Assembly: GCF_964204865.1 (NCBI RefSeq)
Contig: NC_135263.1
Span: 12,400,001-12,464,000 of the forward strand
Origin: Styela clava
Taxonomy: Eukaryota
DNA: 64,000 bases
Direction: 5' to 3'
The notes beneath the pieces were generated by a model. It was given only the letters and a program-made list of their open reading frames with translations. It had not been told where the DNA came from and did not search any database. The number at the start of each line of letters is the position of its first letter. Position 1 is the stretch's first letter. A program made the position numbers and the translations under genes. This document shows, in pieces, positions 1 to 13,322 of this stretch.

Positions 1-2044
1 TTTCTGTATTCAAGGTTCGAAGAAACATCCGATCCGTCGAATCGTTGTCATATATATATATATTAAACTTTTCCCGTTCTCAGTATGTAATACTCGAGTT
101 TTTTTTTCGCAGCTTGGGCTGCTGGTTATAATTATTGGCTTATCGATCGTCCTGAAATGCTCATCCAGAATGGGATTTATAGGTGGTGACCTTAATTTCC
201 AAAGGTATTAATTATTTATAGGTGGTCGACTGTCGCAACTCACAGCATAAGAAACACTCTGCTCTCGCGAGAGATACATTACATGACAATACTTACATTG
301 GGGGACTGCGATTTGCTCTTGTATTGCTGAAAACGATTGTTATATATCGCGACAGTAGGCTGCAGCGAGGGTTGCCAAGTTGTAAACAAAGCTCGTAGAT
401 GAAAAGTACTACCGCCGTTCATTTTATAACTTCAGAAATACATGAGAGTCGTGTTATCGATTTGTTCTTGTTTTAGTTTTCATTTTGTTCTCAGCAAATC
501 ACTGCGATGCCCATTTGGAAACCGCTGTTCTGTGGGATACTCATAGTTGGATAAATGGCTTTATATCACAATCGCATGCCTGCCGCTGCCAACATCCGAC
601 ATCGTTTTTACAGTCTGAGGAGGCTTAAGCATAATGAACGAAAATTAAGCCTTCACTTTTATGGATGCTCTCCCGGACATCGGTCTCCTTGTTTATTTCC
701 GTAACAATGACCAATCAGCCAAAAAGTCAACGGCGACGTAAAAAATCAAAATAGATATTGTAATAGCTATACGTAACTACAAATCGTGGAATAGAAGGTG
801 AGCGCGCGTTCAGAAAGAGTGACACGGGATGTTGTAGAAAACCTAATAGTTGCTCAAAAAGTTCTCTTTAGCATGAGAGTACAAAATAATTCCGGAGAAT
901 CGGCTGAGGTGCAATGACGCTGACAAAACGTCAACAGTAAAAGCGACATCTAAAATAGAAACCTTCCGCTTCCGATGCCATATACACAAAAAACTCTTTT
1001 GCTTCAAAATGTTTACAACACCCAACCACAGAAATTGCTTTCCTCAATAGAAAAATGTTTCCAACTAACCGCAGTCAGATATTTCCAGTAACGGAGGTAG
1101 AGAGTAGCAATAAGAGTAGCCTGTTATATCGGTGGCACACAGGTGTAACTGTCATGATTGAAAACGGAGTGATCTCAAATTAAAATGATCCGGAAATCTG
1201 AAACATACAAATGGCCATATTTTCAACTCAAAAGTAAGCACTGGTTTTAAATTCTGAAACTAATGTTTCTTTTAAGATTATTCCGATCCAAAGTTTGACG
1301 ATGAAACAGAAGGAAATGGAAAGGTACCAAATTCCTGGTGGCGAAAATGTACGCTAAATGCATTAAAATAAATATTTACCAGAAAATATATGACGAAGAT
1401 CGTTTCATCAACAATAAGAAAATTTCAAACATAATTTCGTTACAATCACCATTCACTTATAAGCCCTTGTTGCGACACCACGCCCTGTCACCCTCTTGTT
1501 GTCGAGATAACAAAACACGTGCGCTTAAATTTGACCATGCTTAGTTACAGTCTCAATATGATGAGTAGGGAATTTGTGTGAAAGAATTCCTACAATGTCT
1601 TTTAAATTTTACGAATTAACCGATGCGCGAACAGGCAACTCCCAAATTTTTGCCGGGCTACGAAAGTTTTGTGTATGGGAAAAGTACGATTGGTGAAAGG
1701 TCGTAACGCGTTTTCCTTGAAAAGGGTAGTTTTTATTATTCTTTCTAACCAAACCTCATGGAAAATCTCAATTAAACAACCGATTCTGCACAATGTTTAT
1801 ATTTTCGCGCCAATATTCGTACTTTTTAAATTTATAACCAATGCAGGCAAATTGGATCAAGATGCATATTGTCATATATGTTGTACCTTCGGTATGTGAT
1901 CTGTGTGATTTTATATTTTAATTGGGTATGTGACCTCAATATATATATTTTAATATTTCATATCGATATTTTATTAATTAATTGTAACAATATCAGATAA
2001 GAAAGCAGAAAAAATATCAACGATTTTCTCATTTTTCGCCAGCA

Positions 2045-2413
2045 GAAATAATCCAGATGAGATTGGAAGGTATTTGTAGGTACGTCTCCCAATTTATTTT
2101 AGTATTCCATTTTCGGGATCTAACCATGACCTCTCCATATGCAGATTATATAAGATCCAGTAGCTGAGTTCACATAATTTACTTGGAAATTAACTGTACG
2201 ATGATTGTAATTCAAGTGAATTAAGTTTGAGTATGAAGGACATTCATCCGAATGAATGATTGAATTTTCCTCCACTTCTCACTGAATTATGGGTATCCCC
2301 TTTCTCTACATAAAAATATCTGCATTCATCCGCTTTTTTTAGTCCAAATACCCATGGACCGCCAATGCTTGTTCTATTTGAACTGGCTCTTCTACAGTGC
2401 CAACCGGTTTTCC
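2045..2413 (-). mobile_element. Degenerate Merlin/IS1595-family DDE transposase remnant
   Basis: Broken minus-strand frames read GKPVGTVEEPVQI, GPWVFGL..CRYFYVEK.D and IIHSDE.PSYSNL..LNYNHRTVN...NYVNSATG, the characteristic IS1595/Merlin motifs. Stops and frameshifts are present. Confidence 0.75.
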
Positions 2414-4800
2414 ACGATTTGTTACGGTAACTATTTGTGAGTATATTTCACGACAAAAATTGAACCAATCACAGATCATTTTAGTTTCACGACGCAGTCA
2501 GTATGTGAACCATATCTTTTATTGTATATCCCGAATGAAATAAAATATTACCTCCAAAATCTGATAGTTTACTCTATCATTCAAATCACAGAACAAGAAA
2601 AATGTGTTACTACAAATGTGCACCAAAATTTTTATCACCTCGGTATGCGATGGAGGTCACTTACCAAAGTGAGATCGTAACATATATATCACACGAGTCA
2701 GATTTTGTGAGCTGTGTTACCAGTAACATTAGCTGATAATACCTTCGTTGGTGTCATATTTTGGTTTCGACATACACTTACCAAACGATAATAGTGATGA
2801 AAAAACAGCACCAACGCTGCCGACAATAAATAAATATATACATAAATATATTGTTTACTTCGACTTGTTGATCAAAAATTGATATGTTTATCAAAAATCG
2901 GTGTTTGATTCACCCGCACTGGCTGCTAGGGGGAGTAGATTGGAAAATGCAAATGAACACGGAACGTCATAATATATGATGCATTCAAACACAGCAAGTC
3001 GAGAATCTATTTTCATAGTCGTAAATATTCTTTTTATTATGCGGTATCTGGTAGATTTACTTTAATCGCCCACATAATATACGTCGAACATGATTGAGGA
3101 AGAATATTCAAGTCGTAAAAGACGCATTACATTCTTAGAGCATTAGGATATACATGCATAAATGGTAGATAGAACAAGCCATCTTGCTGCTATCGCAGTA
3201 CTACTTTGCGTCATCGCTTAGTTATTTCTCGGTTCCGGTTCTTGACGACCTATCCAAGCCAGTTTATATTTCACGTTCCGCTTTTGCAGATTCTAAATGC
3301 TGGTTAAGTAAACACCTTGGGCGGTCGAGCAATCTCAGATCAGCTGACAGTGTTTTCCACAAATATAAACCTAAACAACATTATATTAAAAGACAGCTGG
3401 TTCCAGTTGCTGAACTGCAAACAAATTTTACCCAGTAGTTTGTCATGAAAAAGTTTTCGGCTCATCAGAGACATAAGAATGACCATGCTTTGATTAGCAA
3501 AATATTTAAAGGGCAACACTTATTTAAAACGGGTATGCGTGTGTGCGCGCATCGTCGACGATTGACGCTTAGTGTAACCATCGCGTTATGGGAGACGATA
3601 GCGGAATTTTGAGATTTCTAAAATAACCAAACATTCTTTGAGTAAAGGTCTTTATCTTTGAGTCCGTCCTTTCATCTTCTTACCAATAATTTTTGCCACG
3701 TCACTCAAATACTTGAGTCGGAAAACTTACATTTCAGATAACTCGAACGGTTTCGAATTCTTAGAAGCGTTATATCGTTCATTGCTGGCACTACAATTGC
3801 ACAACAATTCTTTGCCAGCTTTTAAAATTGTCGCCGAGAAATTCTCCACTAAAGTCTCGAAAACCTCTGCGCCTTTCGAGCTGTTTCCCCGACAGTGGAA
3901 TCTCCAAATGTTTGGAGCCTCGTGTCAAGCGATATTCACTGACATCCCTTTCACAGGAGTAAAACTCTCAGCTCGTTAATAGACGCCTGCAATTCTTTCA
4001 TCTGTACTGCTTCCATTTTTGGCTCGGTACCTTGCTTGCAGACTTTTTACTTTCGTTGATAATGTGACATAAAGAGTAACTGTGGCATTTAAAACCAATA
4101 TTCAATTGACCAAATTCAAATTCGGATCTTGTCACATTTGTGGATTTTTGAAAAGGGGAGAACTTCTACACCACACATTTATAAATATGTCACAGTGTTG
4201 AAATATCAGTACATAGGTTTAAGTGATTTTTTGACATGTTTTGAAGCAAGCCAATATGAATAGCCAAATCTTTGGGTACGTATTATACTTGGTAATGGAG
4301 TGATATTAGTCATCGACCTATATAGTTTCACGTTTCGCATTCAAAACCTTTGAATGATTTCGTTGAAACAAGAGCTGTTAGAAACAAGTAATAGTATAAA
4401 TATGATGTATGCACAAGCTCACATACGAGATGTAGCTTTTTAATACATGCCGTGTTTTTGTCTGGAATTTATATGAGGTGGATACACTTATTCAATCGTA
4501 TCGCACGAACATGCGGCATTTGTTGAATGCTCAAACAAAGTCCCGTCAGGCAAGACATTTCCGAAATATGACCCGTGGTTAATGGCGGGAAGCTTTCTGG
4601 GAAAAAGGGCGCCAACTTTTGAGAGTAAGGCCATGTGTTTGTAACAATTTGCAGCGCAGTGCCATGTGTTTCAGCAGAAATTTAGTGCACGGGGTTCAAA
4701 CTGTATGCGAGTAAAATAACATTTCAATACAATTATGAAGAACATTAATAAAATGCCAGTTTTTCGCATGGGAATAAATTTCCAATTCGTGGAAGAACTC

Positions 4801-5005
4801 GGATCTTTTGTACAAAGCCCTCGCCACTAATGCAAAAATGTGAGATTTGAGAGAAACACCCCCGCCAAGTTTTTAAATAACAAATTAGTGATTATCCAGT
4901 TAGGGTTGAGAATGATTTAAAAATTCGAATTATCCATTGAAATCCTAACCCTAACTGAATAAGTATTTATTTTGAGCGTTGGCGGGGTCTTTGTATAAAA
5001 GAGCC
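4801..5005. mobile_element. MITE-like foldback element
   Basis: Inverted termini GGATCTTTTGTACAAAG..CGCCA / TGGCGGGGTCTTTGTATAAAAGAGCC, plus an inner inverted repeat (cagttagggtt / aaccctaactg). Confidence 0.6.
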
Positions 5006-8000
5006 AAGAATTCTATTTGCAGTTTAGGTTGTATTGACTTTAGGCCCCACCAGTCTGCCCGAAACGCTCATTCATAAAATCGACATATTTAGTGCTATGA
5101 TACGGCGACAATACAGAGAAGAGAGAGGAGATGTGTTTGATGTTCGTTCTATGTTGAGACAAGTGGTGCGTTTTGCAATGAATAGTAGCTGACCTAATTG
5201 GTGCGTAAAGTGCAATATCCTGGCTGACGTTTTCCTATGCTTCCTGCCTGCGTGCATGGGATTGCACTTTGCTGTCGACGAATAGGAGAGCGACTGAACA
5301 TCAATAAACAAACCGCAGGTCGGTCTGCGACTTCTCATTCAGTAGAGAGAAAGAGCAGCAAGGCCCAAAATTGACGAGGTCATTGTAACGATTTGGCGGG
5401 CTCTTCCATGCGGTCAATAAGTAGATTTGTTAGAATACGTAGAGACTGAATACATTGGGGCACATCATCGTAAGTGAAAGAGTGACAATAATCTAATTTA
5501 ATATTTTATAGGTCATTGAAATCTTGACGTAAGTCAAGCTCTCGATGCAAAGTATTTTAGTTCTGGGATAAGCATTTTGGAATCGACGCACGTCTGTGAG
5601 GGAAAACTCTTTGACATCGTTGAAAGCAATTGTACGCGGTTGTCGAGTTATGTGCGCATCGAATGCTTATGTAATCGCGCTCTGTCAACATTTCGTTCGC
5701 CAAACGCTAGAATTGTTCTCATGACAGTTTCATAGCAGAGTTCGCTTTGATAAGTTGGTCTGTTGGTGGAACATTAACCACGATCTCTATAATCTATTAT
5801 CAATGCCTGTTTTCCGCTGTAGACTTTGCCTTGGGGGGATCTGCATTCTGTAGCTTTCAAGAGAAAAATATTAGTGAAATATGTTTGCATGTGAATCAGA
5901 CCAGACGGTCGCTGTTCATCACTTTTAACGCGGATGACGTTTTCGGTACCAGTTGAGAGATAATTATAAAATTGCAATCTAGATCAGCATTTCAATATTA
6001 CAAAATAAAAATCGTGTAATAATCTATGACTCTATGTTATGTGTAGGAGTTTACTAAATCATGCGGATAATACCAAAACGAACGATTCATCCCAGTATCA
6101 TATCTCATTAGTGTACTTACCAGGATGATGATTAGTTACAGACTCTGCATTCCGATATGGTGAATGGCGTCGGTTCTCCATATTTCTTATTATCGGAATT
6201 CACTTTTGTGTGGGCGGAGAAACATATATATTGCCTGGACTCGAACAAGACCAGTCATGTTGAAGTTTGATCGCGATGGAATTCATGATAATATGCTGCT
6301 GGTGGAATACTGGTTTCCGTTTTTTGTGGTGTCACGCTGCTGAGTTCCCGCCCTTTGCTTTGTACTAAGGCAAGCTCTTTATCCATAAATGGGACCCCCG
6401 TCGGTAACGCAACAATGAACAGAAATATTTTAACGCCTAAATAAACGTGTGGGATAATTTCGCGTTTGCTCTTCTGCAAAAATCTACCACATAGCTACTT
6501 CGGCTCCTCGAACCGAATCGCTGAAAGATTCGTTTTTATGCGATTAGATAGCTATATTATCATAATAATTTTGTGAAGAAGCTTATGTACAAAGACTGCA
6601 ATAAATCGGCTTCTTTTGAGTATGATTCCTAGGTCTTGAAATACACCTCTGCTGTATTGAAATCATGCTAGGACATCCCTTAAAACACCGATACAATAGA
6701 TATTACGGGATTGCTCCGCATGTCTTTAGATACTTGGGCGTGTCAACATATACGATAAACCGGAAGGAAATGAGTTTCCCGACCATGTGAACTACGCGCC
6801 GCGAAAATTTCGAGCGAGATATGCTCTGTTTACATTGACTTTGTGGTCGCCGATTTGGTGGTTGGTTCTTGTAATAGAGAAATGGAAGCGGCGGGCGAAC
6901 ATGTTAACTTTCTCTAAACTTCAAATATATTCGTACTTTATAGGTATAAAGTAGAAACAGCATTTCTTGAAGAAGTGAGAGAAATGCGGGGAGCGGATTT
7001 TCTTATCAATTCAATTTACCAACTGAACATTCCTAACATAACGTGGCCAAATGTAATAGTTATACTCAAAATTGCAGGTTAGAGGCAGGGCGTATGCGAA
7101 TCGTTCAAGTGTGCGGCCCGAGATGTGTTCTTTCTTTATATAATGCTTTACATAATATCGCATACTTGAATGATCATGGGGTGGCAGAGGAGTTGCACTA
7201 AAATTGTCTAGTGGATTTTTTGTTATTAGATCATTTTAACATTACCTTTAGGGTTACTGATGGGAAGTAGCATATTTCTTATCATATATAAAGGAACGCT
7301 ATCTACCTATATTAAACTACAGGTTTCTATTTCTTTGTTCTGTTAGTTAGATGTTTCACGCTCCATTCACCTGTGGAATTTTGACACTTCTTTTAATTTA
7401 CACAAGTTCCTTCGGGCATGCGTTGTGGGTGTGCGGTGGCGCAGTTTTGTTCAGTGCATGATCATATTAACTTCGTTCAGAGCTTCGAAATATCGGATGT
7501 TTAAAGTGGCGTAGTTTTGCACGCGATATTTGTCGGCATTTTGGAGGTGGCTTAGCCAGAAACACCTGATCGTCTTGCCTTTGGCGTAATACCAAGTATT
7601 GCAAGGAGCAGAACCGACTCATGTCTCTCTTCTGAGTTTACGGTGTTGTCAAATTACATTGCCTGTCGGGTGGTATAAGAGGACGCTAAACGGGTTGTCG
7701 AGATTTTGCACTCACTATGTTGGTATAATAGAAATATTTTCAGAATAATATTTGAAACGCCGGTGGCAAAAATGCAGTTCACATTGCTCAATTATATTTC
7801 GCGCCGATGGATGCCCGGAGCGTTTTATAGTCGCTGTAATCAAAAGAATTAGATATGGAATTTTACAGCAAGTGCGTTTATTTACATTTTCGCTCGTTGC
7901 TGGGCATATATGTGTAATATTTCTAAGCAAAGCTGCGAAGTAAAGTGCGGGGAATGCAAGCAAGTTTGTTAGATTGGACAGGACAATGACTAAATTACAT

Positions 8001-11000
8001 CATTAGGGGCGAGGTTGTGGCTCAAAATGCCCGTTTTATGACGTCACAGTGGAGGTATACCTTGTTGTTTGACTATTTCTTTCCAAATTGGAACAACAAA
8101 TACCACCATTGTAACTCTATATCGGGAGCTAGCATCAATTACCGTCACATATAAAGGGAAGACCTAGTTTTACTCTTAACTGGTGACTATATTATAGTTC
8201 GACCATTAGACGATATAGAAGAGAATGAATAAACTAACACCGATCGGCATGATAAAGGGGAAGGTTTTATTTGAGGACACGCGTCGCGATGTCGATTTAA
8301 TTAGACAAGATTTGGCGACACAGCGCTCATAACGTTGAATAGAATTCTTTTCTTAGTTTGTTTGTCGGGTGTGGCGTCTTCTACATTCCAAAATTGAGAA
8401 TGGAAGCAGATAATATAACAGTCCATATTTCTATTCAGGAAGCCACAAACTACAGCTCATGTAATAAAAGTGCCCACCAGTGAACGGTATGATAATTTTA
8501 TTAGATGAAATACACCATACTGACACGCTTTTTTAAAACACCACGCTTTTCTGTTTAAACCGTGCCGATAATGACAGATTCTTGACGGTATTTTAGAATG
8601 ACTCATCACGGTTCGCTTTCCGACGCCCACAGTTTAATTTTGCGGTATGTTTCGAAATATACGATCACCGGAGGCTGGGTTCAGATCTTTCGACGAAACG
8701 AATTGAAAACTTGAGAGTTTTGGTGGTACTTCGTCAAAGCTAGTCGATTTATTAATCTATTAGTTACCTGAAGTGTAATGCATTCATCAATCAATTTTCT
8801 TTTGAAGTGATCTGGTACGAAGAAATGGCTTGGACAAAGATGTGGGTTTATAACAATTGATATGTTAACAACGGTGGTATATCGTTTATGTTTGTTCATA
8901 AAACTTTCAAATCAGTATAAAAATATTCCAAAACTTCACTTCGTGGGACCTCATATGCTAAATAGTTTTATACACACACAATTTAATGTATACAGAATGA
9001 TAAGTTCGATGAAAAGTCGAAACTCTGATTATACCCTTGAGTTTGATCCGAAAATTGTAAAAACATGTCATGAAAAGCACATTGTTTTACGAACTCACCT
9101 TAACAGGTATACATGATTTGACCACGCGAACATTGTGTTCAAATAAATTCATGGAATTCGCGTAGAAACTATGACAAGCGTAAAGCCTCGCCCAAAATGC
9201 CTTATGATTGAATCACGTGAGTTATGAAAAACTTCCCGATAACATTTCGTGTCATTTCACACGTTTCGAAAAGCGAAAAGTCCCTTCACTATAACATGAT
9301 GTACTTTTGAATAATATGATAAGCAGCTTGCGTTGGAAAATGCTCCTCAACAAGTTGTGAATATCCCTCTAACTTACATTTCTTCCTTTACAGATTTCAC
9401 GTGTTCAAACCTCACATGTAGCGGTTGCTCATCAATGTTTTCCGACATTCGGTAAAATAATATTAATACGCAAATTATAATGTGCAGTATATACTTCTTC
9501 ATTACAGCTTCATCACCAAAGCATTAACGTCAGTGAAGCATTCAAAAATGTCGACTAATGTTACAATTGCCAAGTAAATGTAGCTTTCAAACGCCAGCTG
9601 CCAATTCCTCCAAAATTTGTTGGTTCGATGGTTAGATAAGAAGCATCATCTTGAAGCAAACACTTTTTAACTTGAAATAACACATATTATATGCACATCA
9701 CATTATAAGTAATTGTAAGAACTTGTTCCTGTCACTCATTATGACTATTAAAATTATCCACCGACTCTCTCAGTGTATGATAACGAACTACTACATTTTT
9801 TAATCGATTTTGTAAACTACCATCATCATTTTTCTTAATGGACAGGAAGTGCACCTGTCGATCGTTTTCATTTCATTTTCTATTTTGGTTACGGTTTTGA
9901 AATTATCCCTCTCCTTGCAATTAATAGACTAATTAGTTCGGATTTTCCGTAATGATGGAAGAAGTTGCTAGAAATCACTCCGAAGATTGTTGGCTTTTAT
10001 AAGTCACTGGCACCTTTAATGATATCAGGTAGTTTTTTTTATCATTTGTCTGAAAATTTACAGATTATAGTTATTTGACCCCGGTACCATATAATTTTGA
10101 TATTGTTTGTAGGTGACATACTGCTGAACAATGCAGTCATGTTGTCTCAAAAACTGTGGTATCGTTGTGTTTGAAATATTAACTCTTATCGCGGACCGCT
10201 TGAAACGGCATGTAGACCGCGTGTATGGACAAAATGTAATGTCCCACGTTGCATCACTCTGTGGTCTAATGACTTTTACATCCAGATTGAGAAAACTACC
10301 CATATACATGTAAGGCTTAAAAATATATATATGGTTAAGACCCTATTTCAAAGTTCATTCTTTCAGTACAGAGCGATTTTCACATACCAAAAACTTAATC
10401 ACCATGACGACAGTGTACGATTTCTTAAGTTAACTTTTGTTTAAATAATAGAAAAAATTAGAAAAGAATTCCGTCGAATTTGCCTCTAGGCTAACTCTTA
10501 CAATGCTGGTATGCGTCATTCTTTCTTTGACCTTACATACTCGGTCAAATCCCGACCACAAAAGCATATATATAGATTAGGCATGAAGATTAGATGGAGC
10601 CTATCCATCTAGCCGTATTTCATGTTTGAAAAGGCAATTATTTATATGAATGAAACAGAGAAACACGAAAGAAAAACGGAGCGCAAGAAATGCTATTTTG
10701 GACATATTACCTCATCGATATATTTAGCGGAATGTTATGCAGACCCACCGTAGCGTACTGCAGGGGAAACCAAAAATCGGCACAGGAAAATGGTCGGTTA
10801 AGTGCAAAAATCATGAATACATTTATAAAAGAAAAAATTGTCAAAAATCACAAACCCTTTTAAGTGAAATAAACGCAATGTCCTCGTGTATACCAAACGC
10901 ATAAAGAATATTACTGAGTCAAGTTTGCGTAACACGAGAAATCACGAATTCTATGCGTCATACTCATTGGACGTGAAAAGCATTTACCGAAACCCAGCTA

Positions 11001-11734
11001 TCTACAACTATTGACTGGAACGCGGTTAACCATTAGGTTCGTCAGAACCGGAATGGGGCTACCTACTTGGTACTCTCGCAAATTATCTTGCACTGGACAG
11101 CCAAGTACTCCACATCTCCAACCTGAGATGTCACCAAAAATTCATGTGCACGAGGGATGACAAATGTACTGGTTTAAGAATAAGTGAATGCTTAAGATGT
11201 TCGACTTGGAATTAATTAGATAGATCTACAGTATTATATTACTTTAGGAAATCGTATGTTGCAAGACGGATAAAATGATATATTTCACTTAATCCTACTA
11301 GTGGTGAGCTGCTGCTTCTCGAACAGTTCTTACGTAGGTTTCATTTTTGTGATGAACTCGTCGTCACGACAGAAGAATGCAGGCGCTTATACTGACGTTT
11401 TGTCATAATTCAGGTTATCATCTTCTAGAAATATATTGTATTTTTGCACAAGACTCCACCACTGAAATAAAGTCATTATGAGTATTTAGCAGGGTCCAGA
11501 CGTATAGGCGCTCTGTGATTCTTCAATCGATACAGACAGTGGCATAACCAGATGGAAATAGAGTTTTTTTTTAATGCAACGTCATAATGGATTTTCTCAT
11601 ATATATATTCCAATCACTTATGCAAAACACGGAATATTCATTAAAAAGAATTGCGAACAGCTGGCTAAAGCCTCCGTTGCATTGCCATCATTTAAACGTG
11701 CTTTTATAAGGATAAGATTTACATACAGTATTTA

Positions 11735-12235
11735 TCTCGAGGAGAGAAAAGACGGCTTAAACATATGGCGATGGCGACCCACGGCTTCTCGTCCGGTTAC
11801 CAAGCCACGTCGGGTATGGCCATGAAATTAGTAATTTGTTTCAAATGCGTAGGACTTGGTGGTAGGTTGAGTCGTAACCGATCAGCGGTTTCCTGAACCA
11901 CTCCATTGCGACTAGCAACCCCTCTTGCACATAATTATCCTCCATATACGGCGAACCACGGCCTCTTACCAGGGTATGGGATTAGTGAGCCAGATATTCG
12001 TTTTCAGATGCATGAACTTGATAGACGAAGCCATCCTCGTAACCGATTAGCGGTTACGTGAACCTCCCTACAGCGACGAGAAGCCCAGCAATCCTTTCGC
12101 ACGTAATTATCCCCCAAAGGATTTGAACCTGTGAACCCACACCTTTTCGAGGCAAATAAACATACATACCGGGGAATCGCAGGTGCGGTGGCAAGCGTAT
12201 TCCCCACGCTTGGCACGATGCGCCACACCACCGTT
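11735..12235 (-). mobile_element. Two adjacent degenerate copies of the tRNA-derived SINE family
   Basis: Similar to the SINEs at 55232-55582 and 56818-57165 (gacggctta..catatggcga.ccacggc.tctcgtccggttacc; ..gccacaccaccg). Confidence 0.7.
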
Positions 12236-13322
12236 AACGTTACAACAAACTCCAGTTTATCCTGTAGGTAGACCAGTGCTCTTCAACAGGGGTTCCGTGA
12301 GTTTATAGGGTTCCTTAGGGGTTCCGCGTTTTTTTTTTTTCAGGGGAAATCATTTCTTGCTTCAGCATGTTGATGCGTCATTATAAATATTCTTAGACCA
12401 CCTTGTCTCATTCAAACTCCAAGTAGGCCAGTTCGTTAAATAGGAGGTTTAGTCACAGTGCAGTTAATAGACAAAACAGAAAAATTTTCGGTTGTTGCGT
12501 CACTTTGGTCATTGTTATGCAACTAACAAGAAAAGAACGCCATTGTCGCACCATAGTTACATGATGTTCAGCTTTTGTTGGAATATAGTAAAAATAGTGT
12601 GAAACCAGACTTTTTAATACCTTCAAAAAACACTGAAAGGAATATTTTTAGATTTCTCTCCACAAAGCTTACCGATCTTAAGATCGATAAGTAACAACCA
12701 GACGGAAAACTCCTTACTGGTGTAAATTGGTGAATTGTCCGTCAGCCAACATGAAAAACAACATATCAGCGGTAATTCGCGATCTCAATCACCAACTGCG
12801 CAACAGAATGGAATGAATATTCAAAACAATGTGTCAATTTTATATTTCAATAGAGACTACTTCTGTTTGTTGTGAACGAGATATTTTGAAACAAGCAATG
12901 TAAATAATGACAGGAACTCCACAAAAACGCTCGTGGAATGTTCATTTATCGGTCTTAAAAATGTTCACGCAATATGTTGATTTTTGTTGAACACAGTGGA
13001 TAATTAGATCTATCAAAACTCGTTTGGCAAAAAATACTAATACAATTTAGCATTTGTACTCTGTTTTACGTCGACACACCAGCGAAGGATTCAAAAATAT
13101 GCCATATTCTTCAACTTTTCCCATCCATATGTGTATATGCAAAATCTAAAATCATTAAAGAATGATCCACATTAAAACAATTGATAGAATTCTGCAAGTT
13201 ATACTTAACTGGGAAAGTAACAATTAAATCAATTAATCAATCACTATTACCTCTTTATCTGGTCCTCTGCCATCGAGCTGGTCCGCAGTGGGTCATACCA
13301 TTGATTCAAGTACTCAAATCTT

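Noticed and set aside
3951-6181. Two-exon small protein joining MENRRHSP.. (6181-6121) to MEAVQMKELQ..
   Set aside because: On recount the frames do not join. Splicing to 4079 gives an unrecognisable ~54-aa peptide.
7195-7230. U7 snRNA Sm-site-like AATTGTCTAG near LSM11
   Set aside because: Imperfect site with no following stem-loop.
8360-8410. miR-1-like seed TGGAATGTA on the minus strand
   Set aside because: Only the seed matches, and the hairpin is too short for a pre-miRNA.
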